Shown: piece by piece, positions 19,688 through 29,468 of the stretch | Position numbering within the stretch: the first letter of the stretch is position 1 | Layout of the letters: every line of letters starts with the position of its first letter | IMG/VR virus record: IMGVR_UViG_3300026484_000053 | Coordinates: 96,001-160,000 of that record | Reading direction: 5' to 3' (one strand) | DNA: 64,000 nt | DNA from: a virus | Position numbers and translations under genes: made by a program | The notes under the pieces: model-generated | What the model saw: the letters and a program-made list of their open reading frames with translations, nothing else | Databases searched by the model: none | What the model was told of the DNA's origin: nothing

Positions 19688-21694
19688 TTATCTGCCGTCT
19701 ATAGCAAGTGTAAGCAATAACGAGTCGTTATCGCCAAAGTTATTTAAACCTACTTGTGGTTGTTTTTGTTCTTGTTGGTTTGAATTAATTATTATCGGTT
19801 GCTCTTTCTGTTCTTTCTTCTCTTGTACTTTTGGAACTTGGACACTAGGTGATATACTTTTAAGTTGTTCAATTCCTTTAGGCATAATAGCTTTAGAAGT
19901 AATCTTCTGAGAAGCTTCTTCATTAGTATTTATAGATGGCGCGCTATTATGCTTTTTAATCTTTACTTTAAGAGATTTTAACCTCTTCATTGTATTATCA
20001 TCCCAATCGTCATCTTGTATTAACTGATCGATTATTTGGCTTGGTAACTGTTCTATACTATCCCAATCTTTTATAATCGAATTTCCCAATAAGTTTTGTT
20101 CAAGTATACCTTTCTCTTCTAACGTATCCAAGTTATCTGAGCTGTCAGATCCTAAATTAGTACCTTGCTTAGCGTTAAAACTTGTTAGCGCTTTAGCATT
20201 ATATATACTTTCTTTATTCTGAGCGTCTGTTTTCTTACCAAAAACAAAATCACTTATGTTTTGGCTAACTTTAGATAAACCAGTTTTAGGTGCGTATTCC
20301 TCGCTTATAACTGAGTTTGTTAAACTAGTGTAATTTTCGTTACCTAACGATGCGCTAAGTGAGTTAAGATACTTTGTTTTTGTAGCGTTATCCCAATCAT
20401 TACCTTTAACTCTTTTTAATTCTTCTTCAAGGTAATCTTTAACGTTATCAGTACTTATAAGTTCAGGTGCTGAACTTTCAAGAGATTTAATTTCACCTTG
20501 TAAGTCTTCAGCTCTGTCAGGATCAGTTTCAACACTAAGTTGTTGTTTCATGTTTGGTAACAGTGCGTTGTTAATATAGTCGTACATTACGAAAGGAGAT
20601 TCTTTCTGATCATCTGGTATTTTATCGAATGGTTTTGCAAACATCTCATTAAGCTTTTCTCCTACCTTATCACCAAGCACATAACCAGCACTAGCTCCAA
20701 CAGCAGTACCTACAAGTCTAGCACCTGGTATTGGTAGTGGCGCTGCCATCATAAAGCCTATTTTAGCGCCACTAATTGCACCAGCTAGTCCACCACCAGT
20801 CTCAGCTATTACTTCTTTTCTATCGAAGTCATTATTTTTTAACTTATACTCTTTAGATGCATTATATACATCGTAAGCCATTAACGCAGCTCCTGCTAAG
20901 GGCATAGCCCTAGATGCTCCTTTACCAAGTCCTTTCATAAGACCTCTAGCACCTTTCTTAACGCCTTTACCTAAAGACTTGAAGCTAGAACCTTTAGATG
21001 CTTTAGAACTTTTATGATCGTTATTAGAGCCAAACATATCAAATATATTTGAACTTTGTTCTTTGTCTTTAGATATCGACGCGCTATCGTTCATTGAACT
21101 TGCGTCTACAGTACCTAATCCAGACTCTCTGTCTTTAAAGTCTATAGCGGTATCTTGCTCTTTTTTCTTTGGCTTTTTAATTTCTTGTAAAGCATCGTCT
21201 ATATTGTCTAGTTTTTCATTTATTTTCTGTAATTCAACAGAACTATTATGATTTGAACTTACTAATGGAGTACTAGATATACTAGATATACTAGATATAC
21301 TATGCGTATTAGCTTTATATTTGCCTGTCTTGTTATATGCTCTTTTGGTTTTAATATCTTGAACAACTTCTTCAATTTGTTCTGCACTACTTGCGTTTTT
21401 AATGTTTCCAGTGTTAACGACCTTGGATGAAGAGTCTGTATTTTGCACTTGATTGTCTTTATTTTTAGGCTTGGTATTTGGCTTGGTATTTGGCTTGGTA
21501 TTTGGCTTTTCATCTCTATTGTTATTAGAGCTGTTATCTTTAAGCATATACTTGGCACCTTTAAAAGTACTTCCTATAAGGTCTCCTATAGGATTGTCAG
21601 TAGCTAGACTAATTAAGGAGTCTTTCATATTATTTAGACCCTTTCCTGTAAGATCTTTAGTATTTCTAGCTACGTTTCTTGTTTTTTCGAACAT
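19688..21694 (-). CDS. putative tape-measure / gp29-like hub protein
   Basis: Long helical protein with a Gly/Ala-rich hydrophobic centre (GGLAGAISGAKIG...GTAVGASAG); lies between tube-like and gp48-like genes. Confidence 0.6.
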   Translation of the reverse strand: MFEKTRNVARNTKDLTGKGLNNMKDSLISLATDNPIGDLIGSTFKGAKYMLKDNSSNNNRDEKPNTKPNTKPNTKPKNKDNQVQNTDSSSKVVNTGNIKNASSAEQIEEVVQDIKTKRAYNKTGKYKANTHSISSISSISSTPLVSSNHNSSVELQKINEKLDNIDDALQEIKKPKKKEQDTAIDFKDRESGLGTVDASSMNDSASISKDKEQSSNIFDMFGSNNDHKSSKASKGSSFKSLGKGVKKGARGLMKGLGKGASRAMPLAGAALMAYDVYNASKEYKLKNNDFDRKEVIAETGGGLAGAISGAKIGFMMAAPLPIPGARLVGTAVGASAGYVLGDKVGEKLNEMFAKPFDKIPDDQKESPFVMYDYINNALLPNMKQQLSVETDPDRAEDLQGEIKSLESSAPELISTDNVKDYLEEELKRVKGNDWDNATKTKYLNSLSASLGNENYTSLTNSVISEEYAPKTGLSKVSQNISDFVFGKKTDAQNKESIYNAKALTSFNAKQGTNLGSDSSDNLDTLEEKGILEQNLLGNSIIKDWDSIEQLPSQIIDQLIQDDDWDDNTMKRLKSLKVKIKKHNSAPSINTNEEASQKITSKAIMPKGIEQLKSISPSVQVPKVQEKKEQKEQPIIINSNQQEQKQPQVGLNNFGDNDSLLLTLAIDGR

Positions 21695-21709
21695 ATATAC
21701 TCCTTATAC

Positions 21710-22198
21710 CTAAACTCTACTTCTACCACTTTTAAACGTAACACTAAACTCAGCTATAGTATTTTGCGCTTCGTTATCTAAGTTAAGTCCACTTACGCCA
21801 ATTAGCATACAATTTTCGAATTTAGCTAACAATACTCTGTCTTTATTAAATGAATCTTTTATGTTTATCTCTATGTCTACTCTTTGTTCATCAGCATACC
21901 ATCTTTCCGCGTCTATAAACCATTTGCTAAAGTATCTGTTTAGCTCAGCTGCATTACGGTCTCTAAAATTTAATGTTATTAGATAATTTTCTAATTTACC
22001 TCTAGCAAACATCCATGTTTCAGAAATATATTCTTCAATAGGGCTATCAGCGTAATCTGGCAAAGTTATGTTTTTAAGACAAGTATTTAGAGTTTCGTCT
22101 CCACCTGCTAACGCAGTAAGTTTATCACCTACAAGCGTCATCGATATATCGAATTTGTTCTGTGCTGTCCAATTAGTGTTTCTTATATTATCTATCAT
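21710..22198 (-). CDS. tail tube-family protein (gp19/gp54-like)
   Basis: ITLPD, ITLNFRD and FENCML..VSGLNLD...IAEFSVTF tube-fold pattern. Confidence 0.7.
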   Translation of the reverse strand: MIDNIRNTNWTAQNKFDISMTLVGDKLTALAGGDETLNTCLKNITLPDYADSPIEEYISETWMFARGKLENYLITLNFRDRNAAELNRYFSKWFIDAERWYADEQRVDIEINIKDSFNKDRVLLAKFENCMLIGVSGLNLDNEAQNTIAEFSVTFKSGRSRV

Positions 22199-22201
22199 AG
22201 T

Positions 22202-22217
22202 TGTATTTATAAATACA
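22202..22217. promoter_or_regulatory. bidirectional T4-type late promoter
   Basis: Perfect 16-bp palindrome TGTATTTATAAATACA with TATAAATA on both strands, between divergent tail and head operons. Confidence 0.8.
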
Positions 22218-22247
22218 TTTAAATAAACTACACGAAAGGCATATCAA

Positions 22248-22682
22248 ATGCAAGACAACAAAGAATTAAACGAGTTAATAGACGACGTTGAAGACAAAAA
22301 GTACATTGAATTTGCTAAAAAAGCAAAGAAATCATTAGAAGACAAAATAAGAAATAATCCAAAAATAACAAAAGCAAAAGCTGAATTAGATAGATTAAAT
22401 TCTCTTAAAGATGCGTTTGTAGCGCTACAAAAAGACAAGAAAGTTACTCCTGAAGAGCCTAAAGAAGAGCCTACTGATATTGAAGAGCCTACTGAGCCTA
22501 AAGAAGAGCCTACTGATATTGAAGAGCCTACTGAGCCTAAAGAAGAGCCTAAAGAAGAGCCTACTGATATTGAAGAGCCTAAAGAAGAGCCTACTGATAT
22601 TGAAGAGCCTAAAGAAGAGCCTACTGATATTGAAGAGCCTAAAGAAGAGCCTACTGAGCCTACTAAAGACGAAGATAAATAA
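22248..22682 (+). CDS. acidic repeat-containing prohead core protein candidate (gp67/68 position)
   Basis: Directly upstream of gp21; C-terminal half is EEPK/EEPTDI/EPT repeats. Confidence 0.65.
   Translation: MQDNKELNELIDDVEDKKYIEFAKKAKKSLEDKIRNNPKITKAKAELDRLNSLKDAFVALQKDKKVTPEEPKEEPTDIEEPTEPKEEPTDIEEPTEPKEEPKEEPTDIEEPKEEPTDIEEPKEEPTDIEEPKEEPTEPTKDEDK
22452..22667 (+). repeat. coding tandem repeat array (GAAGAGCCT-based units)
   Basis: Near-identical GAAGAGCCTAAA / GAAGAGCCTACTGATATT / GAGCCTACT units. Confidence 0.95.
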
Positions 22683-22704
22683 ATCTAAAATACAGAGGTA
22701 TAAT

Positions 22705-23538
22705 ATGAAATTAATTTTAGAAGAAGCTATTGAGTTAGACGGTTCTATAGAAGAAGAACTTAATGAGTCTAGTGGCGCTAAGGAGAGAAACTATTACCTT
22801 AGCGGTATATTTTCTACTCCAGAAGTAAAAAACAGAAACGGTAGAGTTTATTCAAGAGAACTTTGGGAATCATGCGTTGCTGAATACCAGAAAGAAATCT
22901 CTGAGAAAACTATTAATTCTCTTGGAGAATTAGAACATCCACCAAGATCAGAAGTAGATCCTATGCAAGCTGTTATTAGAATAATAGAACTTAAGATGAA
23001 AGATGGTAATGTTTGGGGTAAAGCTAAAATACTTAATAATAACGAACCTGAGACAAATAAATTAAAGGGTTTAGTTAAAGAAGGTATTAAGATTGGTGTT
23101 TCTTCAAGAGGTATTGGTTCAGTATCTAGCACAGGTGTTGTTGAGTCGTTTAAACTAATTTGTTACGATGTTGTAAAAACTCCAAGTGATTATAATGCTA
23201 ATCTATCTGGTGTAACTGAATCTGCTGGATTAATGCTTGAAAATGGTATTCTGAAAGATAAAGAGTTTAAAGTACTTGAAAGTGGCTGTATTGGCGAATG
23301 TTCGTTAGATTCTAAATTAGAAGAATCAGAATCAGGACTTAAAGCTTCAAACCTAGAAGTATTCAAGCAAATATTAGAATCTAAAGGTGCATCTATAATG
23401 TGTGACTTAAGTATATCTGAAAAAGAAGAAGTTCTTAAAGAATTTATTAATATTATTACGTCTACTAATGAAGATACATCACTTAAAGACGAAGAATTAG
23501 GTGTTAAACTGTTAGAGGCGTTATCGGTAGTGAAATAG
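22705..23538 (+). CDS. gp21: prohead protease gp21
   Basis: NRNGRVYS, LGELEHP, GVSSRGIGS, DVVKTPS; true start at 22705 (GAGG RBS), the listed upstream part being a shadow of the repeat. Confidence 0.92.
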   Translation: MKLILEEAIELDGSIEEELNESSGAKERNYYLSGIFSTPEVKNRNGRVYSRELWESCVAEYQKEISEKTINSLGELEHPPRSEVDPMQAVIRIIELKMKDGNVWGKAKILNNNEPETNKLKGLVKEGIKIGVSSRGIGSVSSTGVVESFKLICYDVVKTPSDYNANLSGVTESAGLMLENGILKDKEFKVLESGCIGECSLDSKLEESESGLKASNLEVFKQILESKGASIMCDLSISEKEEVLKEFINIITSTNEDTSLKDEELGVKLLEALSVVK

Positions 23539-23586
23539 CTTTAATTAGCGAATTGCGCACGTACATTAACTTGTATTCTAAGCAAG

Positions 23587-23594
23587 TATAAATA
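23587..23594 (+). promoter_or_regulatory. T4-type late promoter
   Basis: Exact TATAAATA upstream of gp22. Confidence 0.8.
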
Positions 23595-23722
23595 CATTCA
23601 TAAGCTTACGTAAATAACGTATATACTTTAGTCGACATAGACTCTGACCGTAAAGTCATTTAAACTATGTTTTTGTCGACAGAAACAATCCGTAAGGAAA
23701 TAAAATTAAAACAGGAGACAAT

Positions 23723-24400
23723 ATGAAAGACTTATTAGAAAGTTTAGAAATGAGTGAAGAAGTTAAAACTTCAATCGCTGAAGCATTTGATAAACAAGTA
23801 CAAGAAAGTTCAGAAGCTAAAATTCAAGAAGCTTTAGAAGTTCAAAAAGAAGAACTAATAAAACTTGGAGAAGCATTTGCTAAAGAACATAAAGAAGAAT
23901 TAAAAGAAACTACAGATCTTTACTTATCAGAATTATCTGAAGAAGTAACTAAAGCGCAAGAACCAATGCTAGAAGCAGAGGTAGCAAAAGCTAAATATTC
24001 TGCATTAGTAGAAGGTATTACTGCAATAGTTGAAGCTGCTGGTATAGATATACTTGCGTTAGAATCTAAAGACTCTGAAAAAGAAGCTTTACAAGAAGCT
24101 GAAATTAAAGAGACTACTGCTAAAGTTGATTCTTTAATTAAAGAAAATGCTGACTTAAGAGCTCAAGTATCTAACTTATCAAAAGCTGGATTACTAAAAG
24201 AACTTCAAGAAGGTATGACTGAAACTCAAAAAGATTCATTTATGAAACTATCTGAAAACGTTGAATTCGTTTTATCTGAAAGTGCTGCATTTGTTGCATC
24301 ATTAACAGAAATTAAAGAATCTCTTAAAACAGTACCAGAAGTTAAAGAAGTTATTGAAGAATCTGCACCTGCAGTATCTAAATATAGCCACATGTGCTAA
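23723..24400 (+). CDS. gp22: prohead scaffolding protein gp22
   Basis: Glu/Lys-rich coiled coil between gp21 and gp23; AGGAG RBS. Confidence 0.8.
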   Translation: MKDLLESLEMSEEVKTSIAEAFDKQVQESSEAKIQEALEVQKEELIKLGEAFAKEHKEELKETTDLYLSELSEEVTKAQEPMLEAEVAKAKYSALVEGITAIVEAAGIDILALESKDSEKEALQEAEIKETTAKVDSLIKENADLRAQVSNLSKAGLLKELQEGMTETQKDSFMKLSENVEFVLSESAAFVASLTEIKESLKTVPEVKEVIEESAPAVSKYSHMC

Positions 24401-24418
24401 TCAGTTAATCTGATTAGG

Positions 24419-24426
24419 TATAAATA
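24419..24426 (+). promoter_or_regulatory. T4-type late promoter
   Basis: Exact TATAAATA upstream of gp23, preceded by hairpin CTAATCAG-TTAAT-CTGATTAG (24397-24417). Confidence 0.8.
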
Positions 24427-24449
24427 CAAATAAAACAAGGAAATACATT

Positions 24450-25778
24450 ATGTTATTAACAGAAAAATACCAAGAATTACTAGAGTCTAAAAACTTTAAA
24501 GCTTTAGAAGATATTCAAAAAGATTCAATGGCTGTTCTTTTAGAGAACCAAGAAAAAGCGCTTTCAGAAGCTACAGTAGACGCAGACGTTGCTGATTTTA
24601 CACAAATCTTTTTACCATTAACAAGAAGAGTTCAACCAGCATTAATTGCTAATACTTTACTAGGTAACCAACCTTTAAATAAACCAACTGGTTTCATTTA
24701 CTCTTTAAGCTTCCATTACACAGGTATGGGTGCAGATGCTAACGATAAAACTGCTGGAAGAATTTCTCCTGTTGCTGGTGGTCAGATCATGACTGTTGTT
24801 TTAGAAGCTGGACAAGTTTTACCAAAAGGTACTATTGTTACTGTTGGCGGTGTTGCTGCTACTGTTATCCATTCTGAAGAAGGTGCTGTTTTAATTGATG
24901 CTAAAATTGGTTCTGCTGGAGCTGATATCAACGACGAAGCTGATTCTACTAAATTAGCTACATGTGTTAACACATTCTCTGACGAATTAGGTTTCAGAAA
25001 AGTACTTAAAGCTTACACTGGTTCTTTACCAACATCTGAAGCTGAATTATTAGGTTACAACATTGCTGAAATTGGATTTACAATTGCACAAGTTGGTGTT
25101 TCTGTTAGATCAAGAAAACTTAAAGCTGCTTACACAATGGAAATGTACCAAGATTTAAAAGCTGTTCATGGTTTAAGCGCTGATAAAATTCTTTTAGAGC
25201 AAATGTCAAATGAAATGAAATTAGAAATTGATAGAGAAGTTATTGATTTTGTTAATCTTAATGCTGAATCTGCTGGAGATTTTAAAATTGGTGGTACTAC
25301 TGCTGATGGTTCAACTAGATTTGAATTAGAAGGTATGGCTCATATCGGAATTAAAATTGCTAACGAAGCTAGAAAAATTGCTAAAAGTACAAGAAGAGGT
25401 AAAGGTAATGTTTTACTTGTATCTTCTAATGTTGTTACTGTTTTAGAAGCTATTAAAGGTTTCAAAGCATTTGATGTTAAATCTGCTGTAACTGCTGGTG
25501 TTAATGCTGTTGGTACATTTAATGGTATGACTGTTGTAGAAGATATTTTCTCTGATGCAGATTACTGTACAGTAATCTATAAAGGTTCTAACACTGATGC
25601 TATCGGTTATTACTCTCCATATGTTACATCTTCACCAATTAGATTAGTAGATCCTTCTAACGGTCAACCTTCAATCTTAATTAATACAAGATATGCACTT
25701 ACTAAAAACCCAATGGGCGGAGAAGTATATGCAAGAAGATTCTCAGTTGTATTCTCAAATGACGCAATCATCGGGTAA
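24450..25778 (+). CDS. gp23: major capsid protein gp23
   Basis: LLENQE, QPLNKPTGFIYSL, RSRKLKAAYTMEMYQDLKAVHGL, EIDREVI, YSPY, TRYAL..NP. Confidence 0.95.
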   Translation: MLLTEKYQELLESKNFKALEDIQKDSMAVLLENQEKALSEATVDADVADFTQIFLPLTRRVQPALIANTLLGNQPLNKPTGFIYSLSFHYTGMGADANDKTAGRISPVAGGQIMTVVLEAGQVLPKGTIVTVGGVAATVIHSEEGAVLIDAKIGSAGADINDEADSTKLATCVNTFSDELGFRKVLKAYTGSLPTSEAELLGYNIAEIGFTIAQVGVSVRSRKLKAAYTMEMYQDLKAVHGLSADKILLEQMSNEMKLEIDREVIDFVNLNAESAGDFKIGGTTADGSTRFELEGMAHIGIKIANEARKIAKSTRRGKGNVLLVSSNVVTVLEAIKGFKAFDVKSAVTAGVNAVGTFNGMTVVEDIFSDADYCTVIYKGSNTDAIGYYSPYVTSSPIRLVDPSNGQPSILINTRYALTKNPMGGEVYARRFSVVFSNDAIIG

Positions 25779-25815
25779 AACCTTTGATTGATTTAATTTA
25801 GTCAATATTACGCTG

Positions 25816-25848
25816 ATAGCCAGATCTTAATTGGTCTGGCTATTTTAG
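25816..25848 (+). terminator. intrinsic terminator after gp23
   Basis: ATAGCCAGATC-TTAATT-GGTCTGGCTAT followed by TTT. Confidence 0.85.
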
Positions 25849-25882
25849 TTTAGGGTATATTAACAAAAATAATTAATATTCC

Positions 25883-25904
25883 TTTAATGTCTTTATGTTA
25901 TAAT
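25883..25904 (+). promoter_or_regulatory. host sigma70-type (early) promoter
   Basis: TTTAA-N8-TG-T-TATAAT. Confidence 0.75.
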
Positions 25905-25984
25905 TATATATGATAAACACTTATATACTTATATACTTATACGTAAGTTATAAAATTTATTAAATATTAAACAAACGAGACAAA

Positions 25985-26938
25985 ATGACAAACGCAACAG
26001 TAACAGCAGAATTTAATGGAAAAGAACTTACAATTAATCAAGTCAAAGATGGTAATATATCTTTTAATATAGGCAATACACCTGTTACTAGAAAATTAAA
26101 AGACGGTTCTTTTAAAATATCAGGTAACAAATACAAATACTGCCCAGTAGCTAATACTATAACATCATTTGATGATTCAAATGATTCAAAAATAATGTCA
26201 ACATATACAATGTTAACAACACGTACAAAGCCACTTTTTAATATTAATCAAAGATTTGACTTTTTAGGTAACTTTGTAAATATGGTAATTAAAGATATCA
26301 CAGCATCTTTACTTGTTCACGGAGAAGGTGGTCTTGGTAAAACACACACAATTAAAGAAAAACTTTCAGAAGCTAATTTAGTTGAAGGTGAAGACTATAT
26401 TTTTGTTAAAGGTTATAGTACAGCAAAAGCTCTATATAATACTCTATATGAAAATTCTACTAAACTTATTATCTTTGATGATTGTGATTCAGTTCTTCAA
26501 AACGCTACGTCTTTAAACATTCTTAAAGGTGCTTTAGATAATTACGATAAAAGAATTATTTCTTGGTTAAGTGCGCCTTTATTTGGTTCAGAGATACCTA
26601 ATAGCTTTGAATTTACAGGTAGAATTATCTTTATCAGTAACTTAAGTTCTGCAAAATTAAATCAAGCTGTTAAATCAAGAACGCTTGCAGTTGACTTAAG
26701 CATGAGCACACAAGATAAGTTAGATAGAATGAGAAATATTCTTGAATTTATCGTACCTGAATACTCTATAGAATTAAAGACAAAGGTTCTTGACTTTATA
26801 GATACGAATAGAAATATTTGCGCCGAATTAAATATGAGAACTCTTGAAAAATGTACTAAAACATTTTCATATTACGAGGGAATAGGTTTAGAAGACCAAG
26901 GTTTTGATGCTATTAAATACTTATTAAGTGCTGAATAA
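25985..26938 (+). CDS. AAA-family P-loop ATPase
   Basis: Walker A GEGGLGKT, Walker B IIFDDCD, GRIIFISN, AVKSR. Confidence 0.85.
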   Translation: MTNATVTAEFNGKELTINQVKDGNISFNIGNTPVTRKLKDGSFKISGNKYKYCPVANTITSFDDSNDSKIMSTYTMLTTRTKPLFNINQRFDFLGNFVNMVIKDITASLLVHGEGGLGKTHTIKEKLSEANLVEGEDYIFVKGYSTAKALYNTLYENSTKLIIFDDCDSVLQNATSLNILKGALDNYDKRIISWLSAPLFGSEIPNSFEFTGRIIFISNLSSAKLNQAVKSRTLAVDLSMSTQDKLDRMRNILEFIVPEYSIELKTKVLDFIDTNRNICAELNMRTLEKCTKTFSYYEGIGLEDQGFDAIKYLLSAE

Positions 26939-26957
26939 CAAAGTAATAAATGTAACG

Positions 26958-26990
26958 CTAAAATAGCCAGGTCAACTAAGATCTGGCTAT
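26958..26990 (-). terminator. intrinsic terminator after gp18 (possibly also serving the convergent AAA gene)
   Basis: Minus strand ATAGCCAGATC-TTAGTT-GACCTGGCTAT-TTT; nearly identical to the gp23 terminator. Confidence 0.8.
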
Positions 26991-27018
26991 TATGGTTTGT
27001 GAATTCTGAGAGGAGCTA

Positions 27019-29244
27019 TTAAACTCCTCCTACAACCTCACTAAATTCAGTTCCAGTACCTACAGCTACAAAGCTTAAGTTAATAAATTCTGCAGTTCTA
27101 CTAGGTTTTATAAACAGAGCAGCATTAAACTCGTTATTATCAAGAGACTGAGCAGTGTTATTTGTTTCGTCACATTGTACGTAAAAGTCATAAACACCTC
27201 TTCCAGCTTTAACACCTGCTAAGAATGGAGATACTTCATTAGTAAATCTACTTCTTGTAAACGAATCATTAATTTCGAATACGTAGTTTTGAGCAGCTCT
27301 TTCTACAGATCTCTTTAAGAAGTTAAATAACGATCTTACATTGATTCTTGTAAATGCACTTCCAGCAACACCAGTCATTGTATATTGACCCCATATTACG
27401 TTACCTTTACCAGGGAATGAAGTTACAATGTTAGCTTTCGCTCTAGCAATAAGTTCTCTTTGTCCAGCATTTGGAACAAACGCAAGTTTGTTAATACCTT
27501 TAAGAGCACCTCTTTGAAGACCTGCACTAGCATCCCATACATTACCATTTTCATTAGCTTGAGCTCTTAAACCAGCAGCATGTCCAGCTACAGATACCCA
27601 TCTGTTTTTATCGTTATATTTATCATACATTTCAACATAGTTACCATATAAAGCACAGTAAGAAGTAGCGTTATTGTTCATTTCACCAGTTTGAGCATCT
27701 TCAACGATAGCACTAACAGCTTTAGTACTTGAAATACCAACACAATCTTCGTATCTTGAACCAGCAAAAGCAATAGAATCTTTTCTAGTATCAGCAATAG
27801 CGCAAGCAGCAGTTCTATTAGCTTCAGCAGCAATAATAGAATCTACGATAACTTCTTCTTTATTAGCAAATACTTCGTAAGCGTCAATGTAATCTCCAGC
27901 ATTAATTAAACCTTCACTACCGTTAGATAATTTAATAGGTGATTTACCTACTAATGAAGCAATTCTACTTTCAGGCATTAATACATTAGATGTATTATCT
28001 TTAGCATAAACTATAGTACTATATTTGTTTAATACGTTTTCAATGTAAACACTTTTACCAGCAGCATCTTTAGTACCTTCAATAAGTGATACAATAAATG
28101 TTTCTTTTACTTCACCGTTAACTCTGATAGCAATAGCAATTTCTTTTTTACTTTCAAGTGGTTTCTTAATGAATAATTCATTTAAAGAAATACCTGTGAA
28201 CGCAGTAGCTTCACCTGATGCAAAATCAGCTTCTCTAGCAATAGCAATTTCAGTACCGTTAAAGTAATCTCCACAAGATTTAGCTATAAACTTAATTTTA
28301 GAATCTGTACTTACAGGAATAGATACTTCTCTAGAAGCGTAATCTGTTTCGTTACCGATAAAAATTCTGTTAGGGTATAATTCAGCAGCAGTTTTAAGCA
28401 CTGTACCTTCAGCAGCAGCTTCAACGAATGGATTACAAGCAAAGTCTTTAACAAGAACTTCAGCACCTACGTTAGCAATAGTAGTAAAATCAGTAGCGTC
28501 GTCAAATACTAACTCGTAAGATTCACCAGGTACATTTTCAGTAGTTGTTTCTAAAGTCATAATAGTTGAACTTGAATTTACATTATCCATAGCAACACCA
28601 GCAACAGATGCAGTAATAGTAATAATATTAGAACTAACAGAAATATTAGTAGCGCTTGCATCAACAGCTTCAAGTAAATCACCTAACTCAGTAGCTACTG
28701 TACTAGTAGTGTCTGTGTCATTAGCTGTATAAGAAACGTCTGTACCGCTAACATTTAATGTGTATACGTTAGTATCAGCAACAGAATCAATAGTTAATGT
28801 ATCAACTTGTTTTTGAGCTTCAACAGGAGCTTCAATAGCAGTAATCATATATTGGTCTTCAGCATCAGTTGCGAATCTAACTAAAGATCCAACTTGCATT
28901 TTTGACGGTACGTTTTGCACTTCAACTTTACCTAATTCGTTAACAGCAGTTACAGTGTTAGTTGTACTTGTAAAAGTACCGTTTACATCAACAACTCTAG
29001 AAACTAATATAGTACCTGAATACTTTAAGAAAGAATCAACTTGGAACCAATCATTAAAATTAGAATTAGTAGGGAATCCAAAGTTTTGAGTAAAGATGTC
29101 GTGACTAGTAACAGCTACTGGTTGTCCAACAAATCCTTTAGTAAATTTTCCAGCAAATGCTCCGATTGCTGCTCCAAGTGGTGTAATAACTGTACTTAAA
29201 TCAATTTCTTTTGATCTAACTCCAGCAGAGGCGTAATTTGCCAT
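27019..29244 (-). CDS. gp18: tail sheath protein gp18
   Basis: AGKFTKG, FLKYS, WDASAGLQRG, RINVRSLF, YDFYVQCDETNNT, FIKPSRTAEFINL. Confidence 0.95.
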   Translation of the reverse strand: MANYASAGVRSKEIDLSTVITPLGAAIGAFAGKFTKGFVGQPVAVTSHDIFTQNFGFPTNSNFNDWFQVDSFLKYSGTILVSRVVDVNGTFTSTTNTVTAVNELGKVEVQNVPSKMQVGSLVRFATDAEDQYMITAIEAPVEAQKQVDTLTIDSVADTNVYTLNVSGTDVSYTANDTDTTSTVATELGDLLEAVDASATNISVSSNIITITASVAGVAMDNVNSSSTIMTLETTTENVPGESYELVFDDATDFTTIANVGAEVLVKDFACNPFVEAAAEGTVLKTAAELYPNRIFIGNETDYASREVSIPVSTDSKIKFIAKSCGDYFNGTEIAIAREADFASGEATAFTGISLNELFIKKPLESKKEIAIAIRVNGEVKETFIVSLIEGTKDAAGKSVYIENVLNKYSTIVYAKDNTSNVLMPESRIASLVGKSPIKLSNGSEGLINAGDYIDAYEVFANKEEVIVDSIIAAEANRTAACAIADTRKDSIAFAGSRYEDCVGISSTKAVSAIVEDAQTGEMNNNATSYCALYGNYVEMYDKYNDKNRWVSVAGHAAGLRAQANENGNVWDASAGLQRGALKGINKLAFVPNAGQRELIARAKANIVTSFPGKGNVIWGQYTMTGVAGSAFTRINVRSLFNFLKRSVERAAQNYVFEINDSFTRSRFTNEVSPFLAGVKAGRGVYDFYVQCDETNNTAQSLDNNEFNAALFIKPSRTAEFINLSFVAVGTGTEFSEVVGGV

Positions 29245-29365
29245 GTGTTTGTCCTTTGTCTATTAAATAGACACGCATAAAGTATAGGTAGACAATTTTT
29301 AATACAACTGCGTTAAATTGTAACCTCTATTTAGAGATGTATTGTTCTATATTCCTATCTATGTT

Positions 29366-29373
29366 TATTTATA
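29366..29373 (-). promoter_or_regulatory. T4-type late promoter for gp18
   Basis: Exact TATAAATA on the minus strand. Confidence 0.75.
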
Positions 29374-29415
29374 TAAGACAACGCTACGCAATGTTAGCTA
29401 AGTTGTTAAAAAAGA

Positions 29416-29451
29416 TTTAATACAAGTTGTGTTATAATATACTTATAAATA
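29416..29451 (+). promoter_or_regulatory. tandem sigma70-type and late promoters
   Basis: TTTAA-N9-TG-T-TATAAT (29416-29438) followed by TATAAATA (29444-29451). Confidence 0.7.
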
Positions 29452-29468
29452 AATTTAAAAGGTGCATT

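Noticed and set aside
22452-22667. Repeat arrays (also 10058, 30146, 30421) as possible CRISPR arrays
   Set aside because: Units are contiguous with no unique spacers, and no cas genes are present
22480-22704. KSLLILKSL repeat N-terminus of the gp21 ORF
   Set aside because: It is an alternative frame of the EEP repeat; gp21 has its own RBS and ATG at 22705
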